Shown here one piece after another: positions 21,181 to 35,378 of a stretch of DNA of 64,000 nucleotides. Source of the DNA: the human T2T-CHM13v2.0 reference genome, Homo sapiens. The stretch lies in assembly GCF_009914755.1 (NCBI RefSeq), contig NC_060925.1; one strand, written 5' to 3'. The position numbers and the translations under genes are program-made. Numbering within the stretch: position 1 is the stretch's first letter; each line of letters opens with the position of its first letter. Below the pieces are notes generated by a model. That model saw only the letters and a list, made by a program, of their open reading frames with translations. It was not told where the DNA came from and did not search any database.

Positions 21181-22424
21181 TTTTAAGATGGAATATCATT
21201 TTATGAATTTATTTTTCCCAGTGGAAAGCACTGACTGTTGCCAAACACTCCTGGTTTCCTATCTCAGTTCTGTCAACAATTCTATAATCTTGGCCAAATT
21301 TTTTTTGTTCTTTTTCCTAGTTTAATTGTTTTTAATAGAAAATACATTCACATAATTTTTATTACAGTGAAAACTCTCACTTTTCTCTGATGACTCTCAA
21401 AATGACCTCCCTACCCTCCCTGAATTTTCTAGGTAGCCATATATTAATTTCATGCGTGTAATTCCAGAATACCTTTATGTCTTACAAATAAGAAAATATA
21501 AATATTCTTATCCCTTTCACTCCTTTAACAAAAGGCAGCTATATATACACGCTATACTACATCCCAGCTTTTTAATTTAATAACGTATCTTGGAGAACTT
21601 TTTGTATTAGTACATACAGAGTGTTTGCATCCTCTTTTTTTGATGCTTAGTATTCCATTGTATGAATGTATCCTAATTTATTAAACTAGTTTTCTACTGA
21701 TGGACATTTTGGGTTGTTTCCAGTCTTACTACTACTAACGTTGCAACAGTGAATATGTTGTACATACATCATTTCACCTGTGAACAAGTGTATCTGTATA
21801 GTTAGATTTCCAGAGTGAGATAGCTGAGTCAAAGGGTATATGCATTTAGAATTTTGATACATATTGCCAAGTTATTCTTCAGAATCCTTTTACCAATTTA
21901 ATCTTCCACGAACAATATATGATAGTTCTTTTTTCTCACAGCCTTGTCAACAGATGATGTCATCTGGACTTGTGAATGTGATAGATAAAAGTAGTATTCC
22001 CATGAAGTTTAATTTGCATTTCTGTTATTATGAGTGAATTTGAGTAACTTTTCAAGGGTTTAAGAGCTATTTGAATTTCCAAATCTCTTAATCTCTCAGA
22101 CCCATTTCCTCATCTATAAAAAGAAATAAGAGCAGTATCTAGTTTGTAGAGTTGAAGCGAAGCTCTCAGAAAGGGACAATACAGTGCTTGGCAATGGCAA
22201 ACATTCAACAAAAGGTAGCTGCTGTTGTCATTTTTATTATTATTAGGCTGAATTTCTTTGGTGATTTGGGGGTAATTCAAGATTAATTTTTACAAAAAGA
22301 CTTGAATAGAAACCAATACATGTGTCCCCTTGAGAGCTGTGAACTTACATTTCACCCCAAACATCTAGGACCCTATGGAATGTGTCTTGAACCTTTGCCC
22401 AGTGGTATGAACCCCAACAACTCA

Positions 22425-22622
<198 letters not shown>

Positions 22623-22865
22623 TCAAGAGAAGAAATTATGGTTGATTGAAATGCATATCCTTTAAATCAACTTGTGGAAGGTTTATATTAATATAATAAG
22701 AGTGAAAGTAATGCTCAGGCAATTTTTGAACATTTTAGTTTGGAACTCTTTAAGTGGCATCCAGAAAAGGCAAGAATTTTAAAAGGGGGAAAAGGAGGAG
22801 GGGTTAGGGAAAAAATTTGGAAAGATTCCCTTTATTTCTTCTTGAGCAGGCAAATTTCTAATAAT

Positions 22866-23512
22866 CACTGTTGGTGGGACTGTAAACTAGTTCAACCATT
22901 GTGGAAGTCAGTGTGGCGATTCCTCAGGGATCTAGAACTAGAAATACCATTTGACCCAGCCATCCCATTACTGGGTATATACCCAAATGAGTATAAATCA
23001 TGCTGCTATAAAGACACATGCACACGTATGTTTATTGCGGCACTATTCACAATAGCAAAGACTTGGAACCAACCCAAATGTCCAACAATGATAGACTGGA
23101 TTAAGAAAATGTGGCACATATACACCATGGAATACTATGCAGCCATAAAAAATGATGAGTTCATATCCTTTGTAGGGACATGGATGAAATTGGAAACCAT
23201 CATTCTCAGTAAACTATCGCAAGAACAAAAAACCAAACACCGCATATTCTCACTCATAGGTGGGAATTGAACAATGAGATCACATGGACACAGGAAGGGG
23301 AATATCACACTCTGGGGACTGTGGTGGGGTCGGGGGAGGGGGGAGGGATAGCATTGGGAGATATACCTAATGCTAGATGACACGTTAGTGGGTGCAGCGC
23401 ACCAGCATGGCACATGTATACATATGTAACTAACCTGCACAATGTGCACATGTACCCTAAAACTTAGAGTATAATAAAAAAAAATAAATAAAAAAAAAAA
23501 AAAAAAAAAAAA
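22866..23512 (+). mobile_element. Human-specific L1HS (pre-Ta, ACG/G), 5'-truncated, about 650 bp, in F5 intron 6
   Basis: Near-consensus L1HS ORF2 C-terminus (...KHRIFSLIGGN*); diagnostic GATGACACGTTAG and AACTTAGAGTATAAT; long A-rich tail. Confidence 0.93.
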
Positions 23513-24522
23513 GACCTTATGAATTAAGTCTTGTTAAATTCTCATTTTTCTGTCATCTGTCCCTTAATCTATAAAATGAAGTAGCACCAGTACCTAATAA
23601 AATTGTTGTTAAAAATTAAATATTAATAACAATACATAATGCACTTATCCTCAACAAAGAAACAAAAGTTACATTGTTGTTTTAATATTATTGGGAACTC
23701 TATCTTCCACGGATATCATGATGGTTTTATTACTTCAAATATAATTTTGACTACTCGTGTGAAAAGAAACAGAAATGATCTCATGAAGTATCTCTTCCTT
23801 ATATGTGTTTCTTATACATTATTTTGGTAACAAAATGATTTCCTATTGTGATATCATTTCCTTAGATTTTAGTCTCCATTTATATGAGCTCTAATCTCAA
23901 CAGTTTTAAAGCAAAAATGTGTAGTAGAACAATCAGTTATTTTGTTTACACGATACCACATAACGTGGGTTGATTTATTTTCCCACCTGAATTCCCCAGT
24001 GTTCTTTGGAGCTCACCCCTCAGTATATGCCATGTATGATCCATTCAACACACATTCATTGAGTTCCTCTCTGTGCTAGACTTTGTGTTCATCCCACTGT
24101 AAAGGTTAATGTTTTCATGCTAAACTTTTACACTTTCTACAACTTAGTGCTTCTGTAAATTTGCAGTTTGTCTTGTGCTAGCATCTAGGTCTTTTTCTCT
24201 GGCTGCATATGAAGTAACCCGAAGAAAGAATATCTCTATGTATGCATTTGTTTTCTTCCTCTTTTCTTCTTTCGAGGAAGTTAGAGATCTCTTTAGCTTT
24301 TGCTTAATTAAAAAAAAAAAAAAAAAAAAAAACCTTTGCCAATTCCTTCGCTTTCTCCATCCCCAAAGAGCAAGTTATAAATCTAAGAGCAAAATATCTA
24401 AGTTTGGTTGTTAGGAACCGAGGAAAGTTTGTCTGCGGTGCAGGTGGCTTGAAAGGGCAAGGGAGAAAGAGGGAGTTAGTGCATGGGAAGAAAGGATTCT
24501 GCATTGAGAAGCAAGACTGTCA

Positions 24523-24795
<273 letters not shown>

Positions 24796-27023
24796 TCAGT
24801 CAAGTACTCTGTGATCAAACATTCACTCACCAAGTGTATTGAGCACCTGCTGTGTGTCAGGCATTGTATAAAGCTTTGAGGGAACAGACACTCCAGTTGT
24901 AGTTTGTGCCCTGCAAAAAGCAGACATCTGAGTGACCAGCAAACAAGCAGTGATAACTCATTGTGATAAATGGCATTATACAGGTAACAACAGAGCTTAG
25001 AGATGGTGGATGTGAACTCAGAAACACAGGGATTGCTAAAGGATTAGGCCAAGAAGGGAACCAAGAAGGTAACCGACTTTTCTGGTCTGAGGGGTTTCCC
25101 AAGATTCAGGACTTTAACTATTAGAACTGGTAAAAAGTCCACGGCAAAATGGAATGTTTGGTCACCCCAGTCTGATCTCAGCTGGAGGGAGTCAAATCAC
25201 CAGAACCGCCAATAGGGCTGAGTTCAAGCACTTAATCCTCTCAGCTCTCTAGCTCTAGTGGTCGAAGCTCTGCCTAAGGGAAGAAGATGTGAAGATGATG
25301 TGAGGATTTTCAATTGTTATTTTTACTTACTTTTTGATTGTTTTAATGACAAGTCAACGAAATCACTTTGGGGTTACACACTCTCCTTAAAATGCAGTGT
25401 ACAAGTCCTCATTATGCTGAGCCATTGGGAGCTTTTCATGGAAGGAGTAGTGATAACTGAATATAAAAACTTAGTTTTGCTCCTTCTTTGCTCCTACAGT
25501 CACTGGGAAAATGCTCATTTGCTCTGTGGGGAGACTCCATCCTTGGCTTTTAGGTTTCTGTTTTACATCTCAGATACATAATCACTAGATACTAGATAAT
25601 GGGGCTGAGAATCAGTTCCTTACCCACACAAAGGCTTGTTTTTTTTAGGAGACCATTGCAACAAAGCCAGGATTCCTTGCATCACTAGGAGGCTTTGGTG
25701 GAAGCGTTTATCCATGCCAAAGAAATGCTTATATTGAGTTCAGCAATTAACATATCTGTGTTAGCATTTATCATATGTATTCAATTTATTCTGCTTTATA
25801 AGGCAGAGGGTTTTTACAAATGTTTACTATTCTTAGTTTCTACTGATGGTCTTTCCCTACCTTGTCCCATTTACCCCCAGTTATTCTTTTGGGAACTATA
25901 AATTCGTAAACTCTAAGCTCAGATCAATTTATTTTTATTTTTGTGCATATGGTTTTGCTTTTCTTGGCATCCATATACTTATACAGATTGTTCACTCTGC
26001 CAGGAAATAGATGTTAGGATAAATGGTTAGTCCACTTTTGTAAGTAAGCACATTGAGACAACTAATTTATCCAGGGCCACAGAAGGTAGTCTGATAATCT
26101 GAAGTCTGAACTCAGATTATCTAGGTCGAGGTCAGTTAACTAAGCCCCAGTTTTTACAAGCTCCTAGTATTGGAACTTGGGATCAACATTGAGAGTCATA
26201 TGAGTATATTTTCAGAAAACCAAGTGGAAAATGTAGTCAAATGAAATAGAATACAATTTAAAAACACTACCCAGATCTCAACTCTTAACAATATTTGTGT
26301 TTTAGTAAGTGAAGCTATTTGTGATTTTCAGATGGCATTAGAGAATAACCTCTAAGAAGTTTAGTGTTTTGAAATATGGTTTATTTAGTAAAGTGGCATT
26401 TTAATTTTTTAATGTTTTTCCCTCAGGCTAGTATCATATACCCTGGATCTTTAGTTGTAGGTCAGTTCTACCAGAGAGAAATAGAAGAGATGTGGTCTAA
26501 GTGGGAATCAGTTATTTTTTCTCTTAACGATTGCTATGATTTTGCCTTCTCATAAGTGCCCAAATGCAAATGGAAAGAGAAAATATTCTAGATGCCATTG
26601 AATATTACTCTTCTGTCACCTTTTGAAATGCTGGTTTTTTTTGTGTGTTGAGGATTACTCCTAATCTGTTCATCTTTACTGCAATCTTCCTGCTGATCCT
26701 TCCTGCTAGGGCTTGTCCTTGAAGAAGGCATGGTCATCATATAGAGGAACTGCAGAACTCGGAGAGAGTGGCTGAGCTGATACCTTAAGGTCTTATTCAA
26801 AGTACAGGCCAAGGTGAAACCTACTCAGGTCACTATACCTAACAAGGCTGCACATTTCTTCTCTAGCTTCTAATTTGTCTCTTCTATTTCCTGTTTAAAA
26901 AAAAAAAAAAGAGAAAATATTTCCTTCTTGATAGGGAGTTGCAAAACAGTGAGTATGGTCAACTTCTCTAGTGCTTTGAAGAAAACAGGACCGAAAAATT
27001 ACTAATGATTTTACTGTTGTTTA

Positions 27024-27212
<189 letters not shown>

Positions 27213-28413
27213 TCAGTAGCACTGCAGATAGAAGATGCTCATTAGCTTTCCTGGATAGCAAAGAGTTTAGGGCAAGCAATCAACCATAATGATTTCAACT
27301 TGAAGAAATTCTTATTTTTTAAAATAGCATATTTATCAAGTAATAATGGTTCTAGGGTTATTTAAAATCTGGTGCCATACTGTCTTCTTTGATACCTTCT
27401 TGCTTTGGGGAACAGGCTTTATTTCATCCAGCTTGGGAAGAAAACATTTGGTGACTCTCAAGACTCTGTACAAGTATCCATTTCCTCCAGTCTCAATAGA
27501 AGAGTATATAGATACGTTAGCTCAGTTGGTAAAAGCATCATGCCCCAAGTTTAATGCTGTCATCTTATTTGTATATGAAAGGGGGCATTAGATAATTGGG
27601 TGGAAGTATCAGCATTAATCCATTCTCACTATGAGAAAAACATGCTGCTGATGGTAAAATGCAAGAAGAGTCTTTTGTAAGTTTTACGGTTTTTTTCAGT
27701 ACCATCACAGTATCTTATATATACCAGGAAATGGAAAAAAAGTCTTTGTATAATGAGTAAATACATTGGGCATGTATGTAGGTATGGTCTGAGTGTGTGT
27801 ATAGGCAGATGGTGAGTCCATCACGTTATTTCCCATGCTGTGGCTCACTGTGGTTGTTTGTTTTAATGAAAGATGGGCTGGATTCTCATGGGATAAAATG
27901 AAAATCCAAGCTTGCTCCTAAGAAGCCCAGCCAATAAAAGTTCTTGTAAAGTCACTTGAGTGTGTTTGAAACCTACCACCCAAAGTTTTCAACTTGTTTG
28001 TAAGAAAGGAAGCTGGCATTTCACGTGTTTATAGAGCAAATTACCAGCCCAAACCTCAGATATGTCAAACATGTTAGCCAAAGTTCTTTCCAAGAGCTCT
28101 TTCAGCAGAGTATAGGCTACTGTATACTTTCTAAAAGACTTTGGCCTTGAGGTAAATGTTACAGATCATACAAGCATGACATCAGAACATACTCTCAAAC
28201 AGGAATTTGCCTGGGAGAACCTTAAGGACTGAGATGAAGGAGGAATGAGAAGAAACAGAGGTGGATCCACACCCTGAAATAGCAGGTGTTTTTTTCTCTT
28301 GTCAAACAATGATCTGGTCTCCGTGCCGTCTTCCTCTGCTTGATGTACAAGAAGTTACCAAGATGCTCCCAAGCTTTGTCCCATGACAGAACTCCTGACC
28401 ATTCCAACATTTA

Positions 28414-28800
<387 letters not shown>

Positions 28801-29789
28801 TCACATATGCCCATTTCTATGCTCATGTAGTTACAAAGGCTTTGATAACATGGTGATCTTAAGAATAACAAATGTTATTTGTAAATTAAAGTTTAGCAAG
28901 TTAATTTTCCAGGGTACCTGAACAATTATTATTTAAATATAATCAGAGAATTGAATCGCCTTTGATTAGTAAACCATCTCAGAATATAAGAATGGGTGAT
29001 ATCTTCTTTGTGGTGTTTAATAAGACATACTTAGCCTATTAACATGAGATGGGAGGATAGTCAGAGCTGTTTATGTATTATTTTGTTTTGCTATTTCAGA
29101 TCTTCTTTCCAACTGCTGTGATCCTCAGCTTTGTTTTATCTCTTTATTTCATCTTAGCCATCTGATTATCTCAATTTTTTCCCCCAGAGCCACAGCGTCT
29201 AACTCCCCTATGCAGGCTGGTTGTCTGTATGAATATGAAACGTGTCCATCCCCTGAAACTTAGATGTCTTACTTTGTACTTTGTGCACCCAAAGACACAT
29301 CATTAACACCTCCATGTATATTGGACTTTCCCTACTGATAGGAGAGGGAGAGGATGAAGAAATTGGTCTTCTTTATTGAAGAGAAGGAACTGAGATACTC
29401 AATATTAAAAGAAGTGTAGAGGGTTGGGTGAGGTTTTCAATAATAAAATGGAGCAAGTGAGGTCAGGAAGGGGAGAGGTGAGTGCCATAGAGAGCCAAGT
29501 GGAATGAACAGTTTCCTCTGCCTGAGGAATTCCTCATTTAATTAGGTGAAAGATTCCCTATCATCAGCTGGTGACAGAATTTCTCTTTGGGATGCAGTTA
29601 TTTTTGTTTGGTACAATAACTTGATAAATTCTTTACGAGAAGAAGGTGAGAACATCAGTGTGGATGTAGGCAGACAACAAGGATCTGGGGAAAAAAGCCT
29701 GAAATGTTTTACATGATGGGGTAAAAGGCCAATAAAACTCCTCTTACTGAAGCAACTACACTTTTTGAAAACTGAAATGATTAATCCTT

Positions 29790-29925
29790 TCCCTCCCCTT
29801 CCTTTCTCTTCCCTTTCTTTTCTTTTTCCTTTCCTAGTTTCTTTTCTTTTCTCCTTTCTTCCTTTCTTTGTCTTCTTCCTTCCCTATTCCCCACCCTCCT
29901 TCCCTCTCTTTCTTCCTTTCATTAT
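29790..29925. repeat. CT-rich low-complexity polypyrimidine tract
   Basis: Seen directly. Confidence 0.8.
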
Positions 29926-29929
29926 CCTC

Positions 29930-32480
29930 ATTGAGGTATAATTTGCATATAATAACATTTACCACTTTTAAGTATAATATTTGCTGAGCTTTGATTAAAA
30001 CAATTACCCAGTCTTATAGCTATAGTTCCAATCAAGATAGAGAAGAGTTCCATCATTCCAAAACATTTCTTCATGCCATTTGTAGCCAATGCCCTCCGGG
30101 CCCAGACAACCACTAATCTGCTTTATTTCACTATAATTTGGCTTTTCTGTAATGTCATATCAATGGAATCATCATTACACACCCTTTTGTGTTGGATTAG
30201 TGTTAGCTGGTATGGTATATAATTTCCTATCCTTTATTTTTTACCTATCTTTGTCTCTCTCATTAAAGTGGATTTCTTAAATTCTGCATACAGTTTAGCA
30301 TTGCTTTTTTATTCAATCTTATTTGTTTCTTAATTGTAGTGTTCTTTCCATTTACTTTTAATGTAATTGATGATATGGTTGAATTTAAAACTGCCATCTT
30401 TATATTTATTTTCTATTTGTCTATCTGGTCTTTATTCCTTTTCCCCTTCCTTTCTGTTTTCTTTTGGATTGAGTATAGTTAGTGATGTTTAATCTCCATT
30501 GTTGCCTTCTTAGCTTTGTTTTCTTAGTGGTGCCCTTCCGTTTACAATATATAGTACATTTTTAACTTGTCACAAACTTCCTTCAAATAATATTATACTA
30601 TTTCACTTGTAAGAACCTTGCAATAATATATTTCCATTTCTTCCCTCCCAGCCTTTGTGCTATTGTCATACATTTTATTTATATATACATAATATACCCC
30701 ACAATAAATTGTTACTATTTTGCTTTAACATTTAGATAATCAATTGCCTTTTTAATAGATTAAAACGAGGAAAAAATTTCTCTATATTTATCAACTTCTG
30801 GAACTTTTCATTCCTTCTTATGAATCTAAATGTCTCTCTGACATAATATTTCTTCTATCTAAAGGAGTTCCTTTAACATTTTTTTCTGCTCTGTTAGTGA
30901 GAAATTCTTTCTGCATTTGTATGTCTAAAACACTCTTTATTTTGCCTTCATTTAAAAAAGACTTTTTGACTTGGTATAGAATACTAAACAGACAGATTCC
31001 CCTATCTTCTACCCTCCCAACACTTTAAAGATGTCCCTAATTGTCTTCTGGTGTGCATAGTTTCTAACGATAAGTCTGCTATCATTTCTTGGTTTTGTTC
31101 CCCTGTATGTGGTGTGTGTTTTTATCTCTCACTGCTTCCAATATTTTCTCTTTATCACTGGTTTCCAGCAACTTGATAGTGATGTGGCTTGGTGTGGTTT
31201 TCTTCATGTTCCTTCTTCTTAGTTTTGTCAAACATCTTGAATCTGTTGGTTTGTAGTTTACATTACATTTGGGAATTTTTCAGTCATTATTTCTTCAAAT
31301 ACTTTTTCTGTTCCTGCTACTTCTGGGATCCAATTACACATATGTTAGATCACTTGATATGGTCCCACAGTTCACTGATGCTCTGTTCACTTTCTTCAGC
31401 CTTTTTAATCTCTGTATTTCACTTTGCAGTTTCTATTGCAATGTATTAATATTTTCTACTATTTCCTTTCACAGTGTCTAATGTGCTATTAATTTCATCC
31501 AGTGTTTGTTGTATTAGTGGTATCCTTCAGTTTATAATATATTTTTTTATCCTTTATTTTTTACCTTTCTTTTCTATGCTTTATTTTTTACTTTTCATGT
31601 CAACAATTGTATTCATCTACAGAAGTTCTGTGTATGCATATTTATATTCTCTATCTTCATCATGCTCATGCTTTTCTCTGCTTTCTGGAACATATTGAGA
31701 AGATTTATGATAGCTGTCTTACTGTCTCTGCCTGCTGCTTCTATTCTCTCTTTCACTTCTCAATCTGTTGAGTTTTTTCTTGGTTATGAGTCATCTCTTT
31801 CTGCTTCTTCTAATGCTTGTTTATTTTTATTAACATTGTGAATTTACATTGTTGTTTGTTGCATTCTTGTTAACTAGTATTGAGTTTTATTCACAGTTAA
31901 GATACTTGAAATCAAATCTTATTTTTTATTCTGTTGCCTCCTCAGCAGCCTGTAGTCTAATTTTATCCACCCACTGTTTCTAAATCCTTCTGACAATTCT
32001 ATCCAGTGCTCATTTATTAGGAGGTCTTTCTATGTTTGATGGTAGGAACATAAACGATTACCGGCCCTGAGTAAGGTCCAGGGACTGTTCCACCTGTTCC
32101 TTTCAAGTGACATTTTTCTTACCCTCAGTACTTTCCTCACATGTATGTGCAGATCAGTATTCAACTTGACAAAACCTCTCTGTAGATTCTCTAGAGCTCT
32201 TTCTCTGTGATTATACTGTCCTCTGCAGGACTCTGCCCTAAAATCACAAATTCTAGCCATTTGAGCTTCTCCGAAGTCCAAACTCTATTTCCTCAACCCA
32301 TAGAGACTCTGTCTGGGTTCTCCCTGCTTGTGCTGTTCCCTGGAAACACTCTTCAAGCAGTAAGCTTAGGTGCTCATAGGGCACATCTGGTTTGTTACAC
32401 TTCTTTTACTGTCTTGAGTTGTCTGTCATTCGATGTCTGAAAACTTCTGTTTTATATGTTTTGTCTGCCTGTCTAGTTGT
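29930..32480 (-). mobile_element. Degenerate L1M fragments
   Basis: T-rich sequence resembling the reverse complement of old L1 (e.g. TTTGGGAATTTTTCAGTCATTATTTCTTCAAATA); boundaries approximate. Confidence 0.6.
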
Positions 32481-34864
32481 TGAGAAAAAGGGTAAATCTG
32501 GTTCCTTATGTTCTGAAGCCAAAGTCTGAGATGCTAAATTTCCATATAAAATATTTTTTTACATTACAGCAATGTCAGCTTCCCTTCTTTAATTGTACCT
32601 TTCCCCATCCCAACTGTGGAAAATCTATTCCACTCAAAACGCTTTGCATGAGTTTGCATGGCATCAGCATATGTTTGGATTCCCCAGGTGGGAGTGGAAA
32701 ATAAGGCACATCCATTCAATAGCAATGAAGGATTCAGGTACTACAGTAACGTGCAATGTATCTCATGAGGTTCTGAGCATGGAAACCATAAGTTGAGTAG
32801 GTATATCTAGATTTACTTCTTGCATAAAGTCCTTAACGTGGACCACAAGTCCATGTATGATTTACCTCTACTTCTCTCTTCAGTCTTATCATACGTCTTT
32901 TCTCTTGTTTACTATGGGCTCCTTGTCCCTTGGGTCCCCTGTCAGTTCCCCAGACATCCAAGTTCTGTCCTACCTCAGGGTCTTTGCAGATGCCATTCCC
33001 TCTGCCTAGAGTGCTCTTCCTCCCGTCTTCCTTTTGATAAATATGTGCTCATCATTCAGACATCACCTTGAATATCTGTTCACTTCTACCTTTATCTCCA
33101 ATTCTGATACACATTTTTTTCTTTTACAGCACCCATCACAATTTGTAATTAAATGCCTGTGAGATTATGTGACTAATTCATTTTCTTCTACTAGATCATA
33201 AGTATTTGTGTCCTGCACATTTTGGTCACCCAAGTGTGAGTTCCTCAAGGAAAAGTGCTGGATTGTATTTGTCTTAGTGTCTCTGGTGCCTTCCATAGGT
33301 ACCTAGAGAAGCATGGAACATGAACATGAAGAAGATGCTCAGTGAATATTTATTAAACTCCTAAAATTTAAGGTCCTATGGGCTACAGCCTAGGTCAACA
33401 AGTCAAAGCTCATGGCTGTGTGTTGTTATGATTGCGTAATGTTAAAATAGATTAAATGCCAACATTAAACATCCGGAGAAATTATATAAGAATTTGGATT
33501 ACTGGTTTCTCTTTAAAAAACAAAAACCTGGAGATCTGGTTAACAACAGGACCAAACTCCTGCACAGAATTTTGTTGGATCTGGATCTTAGCTGCCCTTT
33601 TCTGCTTTCTGATGATCAGTACTTACTGGACCAATTTTGTTCACTGAACTACTTATCTGGCTACTATAGGCATCTGAGTTTGTGAACTTTGCGCTAGCAT
33701 AAAGTGGACTTTGTTGTGTCTTCCCCCAACACACCCCAAAGGATAGCTTGACACTAATAACTAATATTTACTCTAGGCTGTACTTTCACTTTGATAATAA
33801 AACTGTCAAGAGCTGAGAAATGATAAAAGCTTAAGTCACTTCCTGTAAGTTATAACATAATTCTAGTCTATAAAAGAAAAAAAGTTTATGGAGAAAGTCT
33901 CCACTAATAAGCAGGAAGCATTATCTGTGAAAGATTACAAAAGAGCTTTGGTAACAAAGCACAAACAGGACTGATAAGGAGAGTTGCCCTCTCAGGTCAG
34001 AACTTGTGTATTAACTGAAATTAGCATGGCTAGTTGATGAGCTGCACCATCTACCTTGAATCAAGCATGACAGCCCTTCTTCAATGCTTCTTGCTACATG
34101 GCCTCATAAAGTTGAAAAATGATGTTTCTGGACAGGCAGCTTCCACTGTTTCAACTGTTAAAACATCACATGGGGTTTCTATAGTAGAAAATGATATTCT
34201 TTCCACTGCCTTCACAAGCTCCCCTAAGGGCAAAACATTATATTCTTTGCAGGGTAGGAGATAACTTTTGAAGTTCTTCCTCCCTTTATTTTTCTGGGTA
34301 AATGTGTGCTCATTCTTCAGATGTCAGATCAAATATCATCTTACACCCTTCTTGATCTCTGATTGTGATACCTGTTTGTTTGTTGTTGGTTTTTTGACAG
34401 CACTCATCGCCATTTGTAATTCAGTATTTGTGAGACTATATGGTTAACGATACTTTTTTCTGCTAGATAGTGGGAGAAAGCACTTGAACTTCAGGGTCAG
34501 AGTTGAAAATATCTTGGTGGTTGTATCATTTGCTAACTGTGGGAACTTGGGAAGGTTTCTTGAAGTCCCTTTGACCTCAGTTTTTTCATTTATAATTTAA
34601 GATAATATAATCCTTTTTCTAGAGATAACTTTATCCTTTTTGATGGGTTATGAAGACTGGAAAATATTTGTAAAATTTCTGGCTCCTAACAAATGCTCTG
34701 ATAGCCTGTGGGAATACATGTTCACATTTTGGTTAAGTATTTTCTTTCCCAGTCATGTTGCAATTAATACAGCCTCTTTCCTTTATGTTCTACTTTAGAT
34801 AAGATAGATCTTAAGTGTGCTCGAGTTCTGGTAACACATGTGAGTAAGATAGAAATTGGTGATT

Positions 34865-35378
34865 TTCTTAGTTTGGGTTGCTGTTAACAAAGTACCCTGG
34901 ATTGAGTGGCTTATAAACAACGGACACTTCTTCCTCACAGTTCTGGAGGCTGGAAGTTTAAAATCAGGGTGCCAGCATGGTTGGGTTCTGGTGCAGGGTC
35001 TCTTCCAGGTTGTAGACTGCCATCTTCTCCTTGTATCCTCACATGGTAGAAAGAGGGTGAGTGAGAGGGTCCCTTTTATAAGGGCACTAATCTCATCATG
35101 AGGGCTCCATCCTCATTACCTAAAAATCTCCCAAAGGAGGGGGGAGGGATAGCATTGGGAGATATACCTAATGCTAGATGACGAGTTAGTGGGTGCAGCG
35201 CACCAGCATGGCACATGTATACATATGTAACTAACCTGCACAATGTGCACATGTACCCTAAAACTTAAAGTATAATAAAAAAAAATCTCCCAAAGGCCCC
35301 ACCTACTAATGCCATCACACTGGAGGTTAGATTTCAGTATGTGAATTTTTGGAGGACACAAACTTCCAATCCATTGTA
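34865..35378 (-). mobile_element. MaLR solo LTR (MST/MLT1A-like), interrupted by a short L1PA
   Basis: CTCACAGTTCTGGAGGCTGGAAG...CTTTTATAAGGGCACTAATC motifs typical of MaLR LTRs. Confidence 0.75.
35138..35280 (+). mobile_element. Very short young L1 (L1PA2-like, GAG/A) with a 16-bp TSD
   Basis: GATGACGAGTTAG and AACTTAAAGTATAAT; TSD AAAAATCTCCCAAAGG at 35122-35137 and 35281-35296. Confidence 0.93.

Noticed and set aside
22740-23270. 176-aa ORF
   Set aside because: C-terminal piece of ORF2 in a 5'-truncated L1; no promoter, non-ATG start.
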